This document shows positions 53,476 through 63,233 of a DNA stretch of 64,000 nt, one piece after another. A program made the translations under genes and the position numbers. The DNA lies in the IMG/VR virus record IMGVR_UViG_3300012211_000003, positions 5,894 to 69,893 of that record; one strand, 5' to 3'. Position 1 is the stretch's first letter. Every line of letters begins with the position of its first letter. The stretch comes from a virus. The notes beneath the pieces were generated by a model. The model had not been told where the DNA came from. It saw only the letters and a list, made by a program, of their open reading frames with translations, and ran no database searches.

Positions 53476-55557
53476 GTGATCGAAGAACTGAAAGAACTCA
53501 AACGCCAGATCGCCCAGAAGATCATCCTTGCCAGTCGAATCAGGACCGGCGTAAACCCTCAACGCGCAAGAACCAGGGCTGAGGCTGAATCTGGCTGGCG
53601 CAACTGGGCGCAATCGTGCTTTCCAAACTACATCAAAGGCGAGTTCTCATCATTCCACGCCGATATGTGGGATTGGGGATGGTCGATCAAAGCCGGAGAG
53701 TCACAGCGACCCTTCGTCGGTCTGTGGTTCAGACACGGCGCGAAATCGAGCTCGGTCCAAATGCTTCTGACGTGTCTCGGGGCAATGAAGAAGCGAAAGT
53801 ACTGCTGGTATGTGAGTTCTACACAAGAGCAGGCTGATAATCACGTTCAATCGGTTGGCTCGATGCTGACTGCTTCACGAATCGAAGACTATTATCCAGA
53901 CCTGGCAACCCGCAAGACTGACAAATACGGGACATCTGCTGGCTGGCGTCGTAATCGATTCTCGACACAATCGGGGTTTACGATCGACGCGCTTGGTCTC
54001 GATACCGCCAGTCGTGGAATGAAGATCGAGGAACAACGGCCGGACATTCTCGTGATTGACGACGTGGATTTGAAGAAAGATTCGCCGAATGTGGTCGCCA
54101 ATAAGATCGATACCCTTACGACGTCAATTATCCCTTCTGGCTCTGATGACCTGATAATAATCTTTGTCCAAAACCTGATCCACAAGGATTCGATTGCCTC
54201 ACAATTGGCTGATGGTCGCGCTCAGTTTATGTCGAACAGGATAATCAGCGGACCAATACCGGCGCTGGAGGGCTTCGAATACGAGACAAACCCTGACGGA
54301 ACGTGGAGAATCACTAAAGGTGAGCCTACCTGGCCGTGGTTTGATCGTCAAAGATCCGAGAAGAAGCTGAACGATATGGGGCCTGCAGCTTTCCTCTCGG
54401 AATGTCAGCATGTTGTCGACCGCCCATTACCTGGTGCCTTGCTTCGAGAGTTCGACGAGGTTTACCACGTAATCACAGACTCAGAGTTCATCGAAGGCTA
54501 TCGAAAACTTGGCGTGCTGGTCAGGCGCGATGCCGACGGCCGGGCAATTATGCCTGATAGGTTCAATATCGGACGAGCTGAAGACGTGGGAACTACTGTC
54601 GCGCATCCGAATGTCACGACATGGACAGCTCGACCATCTCAGGTTCACCCGTTGAAAGAATGCGTATTCACCTACCGGGAATTAGTGTTTCCGGAATGGG
54701 CGTCAAAACTTGTCGAGCCCGAACCAGTGTCGATCAAACGAATCTCTGAGGAAATCCACAGACTCGAAAAGCTGGGCGACGAGCGCTACTACGTCGATGA
54801 TTTCCAGACTGAGGATCTGAAACGCCGCGGACTCGAAGAATATATCGAGTGGGTGAGATTCGACAAAGACCGAAAGGCGATTCCGCTCTATAACCGGATC
54901 AAACGCGCGTTGATTTCCCATGAGGCATCGTCGGAGGTCAATACATTCGCGGTGGACCTACCACCAGAACTGCGACTCGGCTGGGAAAAGTGGAACGTCA
55001 AGGCTGGCTGGCTCGAAGGGGTGGCGCAGTTACAGAACTATCTGGAGATTAGACCGGGAATGACTCACCCTTTCCGGAACTATCCGGATGGTCATCCGAA
55101 GGCCGGCGAACCCCTGGATGGATGCCCTCGATACTTTTTGCTTGTTGCGGACGGACAAGGGGAGTTATATTGGGCTGAGAATCGGTTGAAGGTCAAAGCG
55201 GCAATCAACGCCTCAGGATTAATGCGCGGCCGGTGGGAGATACCAAAGTATCGATTACCGGAGAATACGCAGGGCGTTGAACAGGCAAAGCCGCTGAAGA
55301 TCGACGACGATTGGGTTGATACGCAGCGGGCACTTGCTCTTGATTTCTTTCCGCCATCTGGTCCGTTATCTGAGGCTGAGAAGGTACAACGGGCGTTACC
55401 AGCGACGTTGAGGACTGAGGAAATCGTGAAACAGGATTTGAATGACGATGATCTGGCGATGGCGTGGCTGGCTCAGCAGGCATTTATCAACCAGCACGGA
55501 CTTCAAAAGAAAAAGACTGGTCGACGGGACCGAGTTGGAAAGTATTTGATGCGATGA
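53476..55557 (+). CDS. terL: Terminase large subunit
   Basis: FRHGAKSS Walker A variant; RG.....QRPDILVIDDVD Walker B; RNase H-like AEDVG and DDDWVD motifs. Confidence 0.85.
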   Translation: MIEELKELKRQIAQKIILASRIRTGVNPQRARTRAEAESGWRNWAQSCFPNYIKGEFSSFHADMWDWGWSIKAGESQRPFVGLWFRHGAKSSSVQMLLTCLGAMKKRKYCWYVSSTQEQADNHVQSVGSMLTASRIEDYYPDLATRKTDKYGTSAGWRRNRFSTQSGFTIDALGLDTASRGMKIEEQRPDILVIDDVDLKKDSPNVVANKIDTLTTSIIPSGSDDLIIIFVQNLIHKDSIASQLADGRAQFMSNRIISGPIPALEGFEYETNPDGTWRITKGEPTWPWFDRQRSEKKLNDMGPAAFLSECQHVVDRPLPGALLREFDEVYHVITDSEFIEGYRKLGVLVRRDADGRAIMPDRFNIGRAEDVGTTVAHPNVTTWTARPSQVHPLKECVFTYRELVFPEWASKLVEPEPVSIKRISEEIHRLEKLGDERYYVDDFQTEDLKRRGLEEYIEWVRFDKDRKAIPLYNRIKRALISHEASSEVNTFAVDLPPELRLGWEKWNVKAGWLEGVAQLQNYLEIRPGMTHPFRNYPDGHPKAGEPLDGCPRYFLLVADGQGELYWAENRLKVKAAINASGLMRGRWEIPKYRLPENTQGVEQAKPLKIDDDWVDTQRALALDFFPPSGPLSEAEKVQRALPATLRTEEIVKQDLNDDDLAMAWLAQQAFINQHGLQKKKTGRRDRVGKYLMR

Positions 55558-55928
55558 CAGATTTAGTAATTATTATTATCTCGATCCTGGCTATCGCCTG
55601 CTGTGCGTTGCTTGCCTGGGCGATGGAGGAACGGCGTAAACGCTCGCTTGCCGAGGATCGCTACGAGATGACCAAGACCCAGCGCGATCAGGCCGTAGAG
55701 CGATTCGATTCCTATCTTAACAAGAAAGTGGCCCGTGACGAGGCATTCGAGAATCACAATCTTCAGCGCCAAGGAATCCCGATCCCGAATCAACCACCAG
55801 AGGAAAAGAAACCACGCCAGCACGCTCCGATTGGTGGAGCGGCCCGGCTAGAAAAGTATTTCGCAGATCGACCTGCACCAGCGCCTGAGCCACCACGGAC
55901 AGTCAGGCCAACCGACAAGGTTAATTAA
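55554..55928 (+). CDS. Membrane-anchored coiled-coil protein between terL and portal
   Basis: ATGA overlap; N-terminal TM segment. Confidence 0.65.
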   Translation: MTDLVIIIISILAIACCALLAWAMEERRKRSLAEDRYEMTKTQRDQAVERFDSYLNKKVARDEAFENHNLQRQGIPIPNQPPEEKKPRQHAPIGGAARLEKYFADRPAPAPEPPRTVRPTDKVN

Positions 55929-58546
55929 TGCCAACCGCCCAGCCTCCCATTGCAATCCACGGTCAGCCTGACGCCTCTGGTTTGCCCAACGAGATAGTCG
56001 AGAGACAGATCCAGCGGCGTAAACAGGATGATCAGACTTACGACGTCGATGTCTTTGACGCGATATTCCAGAAGATCAAACAGATCAAGCTAAAGCATCG
56101 AACGGAGTTGCTTCGACGTATACGCAAATGGGCACAGATCATCGATTTCTATCACAATCGACAGTGGGGTAAGGTCGAGGGTGGGCTTGAAAACGGTCGC
56201 TGGATACCTGCCGACACTACGGCAATGCCGATTGAGGACCGGGTTTTCCTACTATCAAACAACCAGATCAGGCCGTTGATTGGAACTCTCGCCGGTGTCT
56301 GGGGTCGTTCTGATCCGCGAATCCTGTCAGAGCCCGCCAAGGAATCAGACCAGTCGCAAATGATGTCCAGGTTTGGAACAGCCTTAATCGACCACTATCA
56401 AGAGCAGTATCTGACAGAAGATTTCCGGCAGCGTGAGGCAAAGCTTGCCTTACTTCCGGGAAATTGGCTGTGCTATCAGTATTTCGATCCGACTGGCAAC
56501 GGCGAAAGCTTCCAGATCAAGCAGACACAACCAGTGGCGGTCAAGCTGACGCCCGACTTGCTGAGTTGTGCAAGTTGCGGAAAGTCTATCCCAGCCCCTG
56601 CACCGATCTCTGACAACGAAGCGCAAGAGAACCAGATGGGGATGCAGGAATCTCCACAGGCAGAGCAGCAAGAGCAGGCGTTGAATCTCAATCAGCCGGG
56701 AATGCCGCAGGTCGCACAATCGAGATGCCCGAGTTGTAGCGGCCCGATGATCCTAAAGCCAGGAACTACTCTCCAGGGAGAGGCCCCGGCGCCACCGATT
56801 GACGTTCCAATAGGCGAGGTCTTCACCGAACTGGTAAACCCAGCCGAGATTTGCTTGGAGTTGCGAGCGCGTGGTATCCAGGACTCGATGTACTTGCTGA
56901 GAACCCGTGTTCTACCGATTGAATTGCTCGAGCATACCTTCAACTGGGCTAAAGTTCCTCAAACAAGCTTGTCGATCGTAAGCTGGGAGCTGAAACGGCT
57001 GGAAGTCGCGCTTGGCGTCGATTCACAGGGACACGGTGGCTACGGCCCATCGATCTCGGATGGATTTGCAAACGACACAGAGCTTGACGAGGTTTGGTTT
57101 GAGCCGCCGATTTACTCCAGATGGCGCGCGAAAGATGACGTCCAGATTGGTGACGTCACAGTCCCAGCCGGGACAATGGTGATCGATACGTTTCCTCACG
57201 GACTCCACGCAAAGTACGTTGACAGCGAACCACTGCATCTTCGACCAGAGACAAAGAATGACTTCTGGGTGTTGGGTAAATATGACCCAGCGGCAGAGGC
57301 AATCTGGGCAGATGGCGCGGCCGACGATATGATCGATCCCCAAATCGGAATAAACCAGGCAGAGTCCCTGAGGATGGAAAATCTTCGGGATAACGCCGTT
57401 TCTCATAATATCTTCAACGGTTATCATATCGATGCCGAAGCCGTGGACGGCTGGCCTGATGCAAACATCGTCCTCAACAGTACTGGAAACCCGAACGTCA
57501 ATCCGAATGAGGTCTGGTCACAGATACCGGGCTCAGAGCTTCGTGGCGTCGAGGTATTCATTGAAAACAAAAAGATGGATATGCGGGAGTCCGGTCAGGC
57601 TGGCGCGGAACTCGCCGGAAATATTCAGTCTAACAATCGAACAGCTCGTGGAGTAATCACGGCCCGCAATCAGCAGGTAGAACAACTGGGTCCACGTCTG
57701 GCTTATCGCGCATACGTTGAATGCCTTCGTGTTCGCCAGATGTTGAAGTTGAAACAGGCGAACTATGTCCCCGGTCAGTACAAGGACGTGCTGGGCGATT
57801 ACTCAGATCTGGAAGAACAGGCGTTTATTGATGGCAACGTTGATCGAGACCTGAGGATCATCGCGCAAGACGGCTCGTGGTTACCGCGGACGGTCGATCA
57901 GGAGCGCAACGACATCGCGGCCTACATTCAGTTGAAAATGCAGTGGGCTCAACTTGGGCAGGCGATGCCCGATCCTCTCGAAGAATGGGCACAACGGAGC
58001 TTCAATGTCCCGTTCTCAATGGAGGAATACAATCCGGACAATCGAATCGCGGTCGTCAGAATCACCGATACCTGGGCTTTGATTCAGAGTCCACAGTCGT
58101 TATCACAGGCCGGACTTCAGGGAATAGACCCGAATGCCGCCCCTCCGCCTCCGGTGATGGTGCCTGTCGGTCCTCCCGGCCCGGATGGACAACCCTCGAT
58201 GCAGCCGACAAACCCAGCATATATCGCGTATGCGAACGCCCTGAATATGCTGGCCGCCCAGATCCCCGTTGAATTGTTGGTCGATGACCATCCGACGTTC
58301 ATCTACAAATATCGGTCCTACCTGAAGACTGATCGCGGACGAAAGGCGCCACCGTTATTTCGGCAGATCCTGATTAAGAAAATCGAAGAGCATATGAACG
58401 CGATGGCTGTTGAACAGCAGCAGCAAGCGGCCCGTCAGGCACCGCTTCAGATCAAGACCGCACAGGTTCAGAATGATTTGCAGGCTGAGAACACCGCGAA
58501 ACAGGCGGCGGCTCAGCCTCCAGATGATGAATCAGCGGGAGAATAG
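55928..58546 (+). CDS. Portal protein (P22-like length) with an inserted Zn-ribbon / low-complexity loop
   Basis: 872 aa following terL; NNQIRPLI, MIDPQIGIN, RTARG; Gln-rich C-terminal helix. Confidence 0.75.
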   Translation: MPTAQPPIAIHGQPDASGLPNEIVERQIQRRKQDDQTYDVDVFDAIFQKIKQIKLKHRTELLRRIRKWAQIIDFYHNRQWGKVEGGLENGRWIPADTTAMPIEDRVFLLSNNQIRPLIGTLAGVWGRSDPRILSEPAKESDQSQMMSRFGTALIDHYQEQYLTEDFRQREAKLALLPGNWLCYQYFDPTGNGESFQIKQTQPVAVKLTPDLLSCASCGKSIPAPAPISDNEAQENQMGMQESPQAEQQEQALNLNQPGMPQVAQSRCPSCSGPMILKPGTTLQGEAPAPPIDVPIGEVFTELVNPAEICLELRARGIQDSMYLLRTRVLPIELLEHTFNWAKVPQTSLSIVSWELKRLEVALGVDSQGHGGYGPSISDGFANDTELDEVWFEPPIYSRWRAKDDVQIGDVTVPAGTMVIDTFPHGLHAKYVDSEPLHLRPETKNDFWVLGKYDPAAEAIWADGAADDMIDPQIGINQAESLRMENLRDNAVSHNIFNGYHIDAEAVDGWPDANIVLNSTGNPNVNPNEVWSQIPGSELRGVEVFIENKKMDMRESGQAGAELAGNIQSNNRTARGVITARNQQVEQLGPRLAYRAYVECLRVRQMLKLKQANYVPGQYKDVLGDYSDLEEQAFIDGNVDRDLRIIAQDGSWLPRTVDQERNDIAAYIQLKMQWAQLGQAMPDPLEEWAQRSFNVPFSMEEYNPDNRIAVVRITDTWALIQSPQSLSQAGLQGIDPNAAPPPPVMVPVGPPGPDGQPSMQPTNPAYIAYANALNMLAAQIPVELLVDDHPTFIYKYRSYLKTDRGRKAPPLFRQILIKKIEEHMNAMAVEQQQQAARQAPLQIKTAQVQNDLQAENTAKQAAAQPPDDESAGE

Positions 58547-58723
58547 TTCCATAATGCGTCTGTGTTTGCATGACTCAAGCTCTATCATGGCTTTTATTGC
58601 CCGGTCGAATTCCTCTAACGCAGACCGTGAGATCACTGGGCGGCCCATCTTCAATCCAAGCGCGCTGAGCCTATCGGACATTTGACGACGGCGCTTTCCG
58701 TGATACGCTTTTCGTAGCCTCAT
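58532..58723 (-). CDS. Small hypothetical protein
   Basis: ATGA-coupled to the upstream minus-strand gene. Confidence 0.4.
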   Translation of the reverse strand: MRLRKAYHGKRRRQMSDRLSALGLKMGRPVISRSALEEFDRAIKAMIELESCKHRRIMELFSR

Positions 58724-59064
58724 TTCGATTCCTCTCCAGTCTCGCCAAGTTTAAAGCTCCCTTTGGCGTTTATGATTTGCGCCAAGCCATCACCGGAAAA
58801 CTTCTGAGCCTTCTGGTACATCAGTTCGTTTGATTGTCTCAACATCTGCTCCATGTCGAAATCCATCCGCTGTTTTGAAGTCGGCGAAACACCATTCATC
58901 CACTTTTCCCGTACCTCTCGGTAAAGATCTGCGGCCTGTTCGTAGTGTGTCGTCATCGCCGATAGTCGCTTGTTCATCTCGGCCTTGTACCGAGCATGTC
59001 TGCGGGAAAATATGACAGCAGTTGCGATAACGCCAATAGCTGTGACGAAAATTGATAAGATCAT
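58720..59064 (-). CDS. Membrane-anchored hypothetical protein
   Basis: ATGA overlap; N-terminal TM segment. Confidence 0.6.
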   Translation of the reverse strand: MILSIFVTAIGVIATAVIFSRRHARYKAEMNKRLSAMTTHYEQAADLYREVREKWMNGVSPTSKQRMDFDMEQMLRQSNELMYQKAQKFSGDGLAQIINAKGSFKLGETGEESK

Positions 59065-60629
59065 TTCTCACGCTCCAGCTTCTCGGCGATTGCGATGGCT
59101 TCTTCTGCGAGTAAGCTAAAATCACTGCCATTCCCTTCTATGTACGCGCTCCTACGGCCGGGATTAACCGCCCATCTATTAAATCCGCGATGTTCTCGCA
59201 GATTCAGAACCTCAACTGCGCGTTCGACAGTCATTGGCTCGGGCTTTCGCTGAAGCTTACTCAGCCGTTCCATCGTCCGTAGCTGCTCGGTGCCACCCAT
59301 CGAGCCAAATATCTCGCAAATCTCATCGGACTTCCATCGCTTTGGACTTCCATCGGCGAAGATTCCAGTAACAGGCGACCTATCTCCGTACCCGGTAAGG
59401 ACAGGCGCGACGAACGGCTTCTTTCCCATCTCGTGAATTTCGTTGACCATCTTTGTTGCCCATTCGCGATTCGATTGCGCCTGACTGTCGACAATCTTGT
59501 CCGGCATCGATTCGTCGAACGGCTTTTTCGGAGCGCCATCCTCGAACATCTGACGATTTGTTTCCTGTTTCTTGATCTTCTCGGCCAGATAGATCGCCTC
59601 GTCTTCGCTGACCTTGGAATAGAAGGCCGTGTCGTCTGGCGTATATGGCGTAATACAGTGGCAGATTTTCGGATTCGGATGGTGATTCCGTGTTTCCAAA
59701 GCATCGTCGGGATTCCAGGCGAATCCCCACCGGAAACCATTGTATCTCGCGTCGTCCAGAATCTTCACGGCCTCGACCGCGCCGGGTGATGGGTATTTGG
59801 TGTGACCTGTTTTCATATAATCGTTGACTACCTCCGACTTTGCCGGATGCGTGACGACGACCTTTTCCGGTGATGGAATGGACTCGGCTCCGCTGTACCG
59901 CTTGTACGTTGTTTTCATCTTCGGTTTCGGGAATTCCTCGCCCACGGCTTTGCAGGCAGTATCAGCGCTGATATAGACGACTCCCGACAAGCCCCGGTCG
60001 GACGCAAATGTCTTATATGGCGCAACCCAAGCCCAGTTGAAGAAGTTCATGTAGCTAATCTCGTTGAGTTTGTCGACGATTCGATCCGCCCAAGGCTGTT
60101 CAGGCTTTCCAAGAACGACATCATTAGTGATCTCGACCGCTTCTCTCATTGCGCCGCTCATTGGCGTTGGGGCTTCCTCGACTATGTCGTATGGTTTAGT
60201 CGGCTTGATCACGCTTCCATCGGGGAGAACCCGATATACCGGATGAAGTTTGCCGGGGGCGTAGACCAACCAAGAATCTGCACCTTCCGGCAGTGCTGGA
60301 AACCTGATGAACACGCCAGGGAACTCTTCAGGTTTACCGGGAATCGAAACGCTGATTGTCAATGGTTCGCCTAGTGGTCCAGTCGTGAATTCCAGCTTGG
60401 GCATTTCGCCTGAATCCGGGGATGAATCGAACGTTGCGGTTTTGTCTGTATTTCCGGTACAGGTCCATACGACCGGCTCGATAGGTTCGTCGATCAGAAA
60501 CGCATAGTAATCCGTGCGAAGGATCGCCTCGGCCGCCCTCAATCTGATTTCGTCAAACTCTTCAGCTTTCCCTGCTGTCAACTTTGCTAGATACTCAATC
60601 GCTACTCTGTGCGGATGTTTTTGCTCCAT
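59061..60629 (-). CDS. Mosaic hypothetical protein with internal repeats
   Basis: 522 aa; AGGAG SD; two AV..L.......GF.....EAI..AEK modules. Confidence 0.7.
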   Translation of the reverse strand: MEQKHPHRVAIEYLAKLTAGKAEEFDEIRLRAAEAILRTDYYAFLIDEPIEPVVWTCTGNTDKTATFDSSPDSGEMPKLEFTTGPLGEPLTISVSIPGKPEEFPGVFIRFPALPEGADSWLVYAPGKLHPVYRVLPDGSVIKPTKPYDIVEEAPTPMSGAMREAVEITNDVVLGKPEQPWADRIVDKLNEISYMNFFNWAWVAPYKTFASDRGLSGVVYISADTACKAVGEEFPKPKMKTTYKRYSGAESIPSPEKVVVTHPAKSEVVNDYMKTGHTKYPSPGAVEAVKILDDARYNGFRWGFAWNPDDALETRNHHPNPKICHCITPYTPDDTAFYSKVSEDEAIYLAEKIKKQETNRQMFEDGAPKKPFDESMPDKIVDSQAQSNREWATKMVNEIHEMGKKPFVAPVLTGYGDRSPVTGIFADGSPKRWKSDEICEIFGSMGGTEQLRTMERLSKLQRKPEPMTVERAVEVLNLREHRGFNRWAVNPGRRSAYIEGNGSDFSLLAEEAIAIAEKLEREK

Positions 60630-60873
60630 CTTCGATCTCCTTTAACAAATCTTTCAACATTGCGTTTTCATCGCCAGCCCAAATCTTGTCGCCGTCAAGA
60701 TACTTTTGGACGATTGCAGCGCATCTCTTCCGTTCCTCATCGGTCGCAATCTCTTCAGGGTCACGAGTATCCCGGTTCTTCAATTCCTCGATCTCAGCTT
60801 CGGTTAGCAGTTCGCTTGTATAGCCGAATGATGGGTTTGGTCTTCCGTCTTTTGGCGGGATAGGGTATGTCAT
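60595..60873 (-). CDS. Hypothetical protein
   Basis: AAGGAG SD; ERKRCAAIV motif. Confidence 0.65.
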   Translation of the reverse strand: MTYPIPPKDGRPNPSFGYTSELLTEAEIEELKNRDTRDPEEIATDEERKRCAAIVQKYLDGDKIWAGDENAMLKDLLKEIEDGAKTSAQSSD

Positions 60874-60889
60874 CTGATTTTTTTCTCCT

Positions 60890-61084
60890 TTAAATCCACT
60901 TTACACACCATTTGCATGTTCCGATCAATGTGCCATTGCTATCGTATACCAGCCAGCCGTGGACACTCCGAGTGGCTGTCATCCCCGGCATGAAGTACTG
61001 CCGTGGCAGGAACACTATCGGTAAATCCGAGCGTTTAAGCCCCTGGTACGGGCCACCGCTAATTGAATACGAAAGTCCTTCCAT
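60890..61084 (-). CDS. Small hypothetical protein
   Basis: GGAGGT SD; TAATG overlap. Confidence 0.55.
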   Translation of the reverse strand: MEGLSYSISGGPYQGLKRSDLPIVFLPRQYFMPGMTATRSVHGWLVYDSNGTLIGTCKWCVKWI

Positions 61085-61344
61085 TAGCTTACGACCTCCG
61101 ATTCTTCTGGCCCCTGCATCGCCTCGTACTCTATCAGTGACTTTGTGAGCCTCCGTCGAACGTCGTGTGTCATAATGACCACTGCTTGACGGATGGACAG
61201 CGGGCCTTGCTCATCGCCAGTGACGACAAAGCAGGTCAGTTGATAATCGCTCTGGCTAAATCCAGTGTGAATCTGATTGGTGTAGATCACCTTGAAATCA
61301 GGCGCGATCACTGGCGGTCTTGGGTTCTCATCGTTTTCAGGCAT
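61084..61344 (-). CDS. DUF3467-like protein
   Basis: IYTN...F...DYQL...VIMT....RRL..SL..YEA..G; GGAGG SD before MPENDEN. Confidence 0.65.
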   Translation of the reverse strand: MPENDENPRPPVIAPDFKVIYTNQIHTGFSQSDYQLTCFVVTGDEQGPLSIRQAVVIMTHDVRRRLTKSLIEYEAMQGPEESEVVS

Positions 61345-61525
61345 TCTTTCCCTCCCTAAATGCTCGCAACTGATCTTCATAATCCTTCAGCAATAAATCC
61401 CTAATATTCCCATCCATCTCGGACAGCAGTCCCTCACAGGTCGTTGAATAGCAGGAAGTCCATCGTATGGGTTTCAGCTCTTGCGACGTAAATCCCACCG
61501 GGCATCCCGTTCGGCGATGTGCCCA

Positions 61526-61684
61526 TTATTTGGCATTGTTCTTTACCTTCCTGTCTTTTTTCGGGCCGTCCCACGCAACACTACCGCAGTGCGGGCACCG
61601 ACGAATAGTTTTTGGGTCCTTACGTGGCGGCCAGGACTTGTCACATTGATTACAGGTTAGTTCCGTTAGTTTCGGTTTCTTCAT
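61526..61684 (-). CDS. Small Zn-ribbon protein
   Basis: CNQC..SWPPR...CPHCGS..WD. Confidence 0.65.
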   Translation of the reverse strand: MKKPKLTELTCNQCDKSWPPRKDPKTIRRCPHCGSVAWDGPKKDRKVKNNAK

Positions 61685-61767
61685 AAACCCAGAATAATCC
61701 ATCTTTACCGGGTGTCTGTCAAGCGGCAAGTCGCTCGCTATGATGTACGGTAGGCGATGGCTATCTA

Positions 61768-61816
61768 AACCCCTCTAAACAAAGGGGTTGACGCCCAACT
61801 ATTTTTGATAGACAAT
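61768..61816 (+). promoter_or_regulatory. Promoter for the scaffold-capsid operon, with an inverted repeat over the -35 box
   Basis: TTGACG(61788)-17-GACAAT; AACCCCT/AGGGGTT inverted repeat; TCTAAAC twice. Confidence 0.5.
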
Positions 61817-61937
61817 CGGCGAGTCATCAACCCGCGTATTTGGATGGGCAACCAATAGATAAGCCACGCGACAAGAACCGGAAGGTCATCGGGCGCACCC
61901 CGTATAAAGCAGACTGGAAGGGGATTGAAAGGACCTA

Positions 61938-63209
61938 ATGGACCTCGAAGACAATGGCGTAAATCCGGCTGACACGGCTGTTGAGACTCCTGTTACACCA
62001 GCAGCGTCGACCCCTGCGGCTGCGGCCTCAGAAACAGAGCCCGAAGTAGTCCTTGATCTCGGTGTTTCCAAACCTGCAACTCCAAAAGACCTGTCGGATG
62101 ATGAGCTTGCAAAGCTTCCAGAGAACGACGCTCGAAAATGGGGTAAGGAATGGAAGACTACGGCCGGAACGTACAGGGAAGCCCACGAGGTTGCCCAGTC
62201 GTTTGGTGGAGTCAACAATATCAAGGCGTTAAAAGGTGTTCACGACACGTTCATTGCACCAAGCCTCGACCCGCAAGCTTTCTTTGGTGAACTGGCAAAG
62301 ATCGATTCTCAACGAGCGGCACAACTGATGACGTTCGCCGGATCGAAATCGGCCGGTAGCTCGAAAGAGGAACTCCTGACCGAGTTGTTCGGCGCGGTTC
62401 CAACAAAGAAAGACATTGAACTCTTTAGGCAGTTCAAGGCGGCTGACGGTAAGCTTGTTTCGATTCCCGGTGGCGAACCGGTTCCCGAACGGTTTCTGTA
62501 CGCTGAAGCCCAGGATGAAGACGGTAATACTGTCAAGACTCTTCGGACTCAAAAGGAAATCGACGCAAATCCAGACTATCAAACCTGGAAGGAACTGCAA
62601 CGCCAGCGACAGGAATTTAACGAGCGGACGGCGCGCGAGACTGAGAAGACAACTCGGGAAGAGCAAACCCGTTTGGCGACAGAACGTGAAACAAAGATCA
62701 ACGAGAGTATCGAGGAATGGTTTAAGCCGGTCGATACGGCGCTTGAGCAACTCGGATTTACTCCAGATCCTTCCGATACCCCACAGGACGTAGCCCAGAA
62801 ACGACTAATACGTCGAATCTTTGAGGGTGCGGTACGCGAAGAGTTTGACCAGGTTGAAGAGAATGCCCGGTTATTCCAGACCTCTTTGGCGTATATTAGG
62901 AATGGTCGCCCCGATCTTTTGGGAACAATTGACGCACACAACCGAATCAAGGGCATAGTCGCAGACACGGTAACTCAAGCTTGGAATCTGCTAAAAGGCG
63001 GCGTTCGCGCACGCGCAAGAGCAACCCAGGCGGCTGTTACCAATAAGCCAGCGCCTAACCCTGTTGTCAGTGGTGCATCGAATGGACTGCCATCTACCAA
63101 GATCGTGGCCCCTGCCGACATAACGACCAACCCAGCCTCAACCGCAGAGTTTATGAACAAGGTATATCAGGAATCTCTGGCAAGGCGTGGGATACAACAG
63201 ACTGGTTAG
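61938..63209 (+). CDS. Putative capsid scaffolding protein
   Basis: Acidic A/P/T-rich N-terminus and coiled coil; directly precedes the MCP gene. Confidence 0.65.
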   Translation: MDLEDNGVNPADTAVETPVTPAASTPAAAASETEPEVVLDLGVSKPATPKDLSDDELAKLPENDARKWGKEWKTTAGTYREAHEVAQSFGGVNNIKALKGVHDTFIAPSLDPQAFFGELAKIDSQRAAQLMTFAGSKSAGSSKEELLTELFGAVPTKKDIELFRQFKAADGKLVSIPGGEPVPERFLYAEAQDEDGNTVKTLRTQKEIDANPDYQTWKELQRQRQEFNERTARETEKTTREEQTRLATERETKINESIEEWFKPVDTALEQLGFTPDPSDTPQDVAQKRLIRRIFEGAVREEFDQVEENARLFQTSLAYIRNGRPDLLGTIDAHNRIKGIVADTVTQAWNLLKGGVRARARATQAAVTNKPAPNPVVSGASNGLPSTKIVAPADITTNPASTAEFMNKVYQESLARRGIQQTG

Positions 63210-63233
63210 GTCTTCCAGGGAGGATGACCTACT

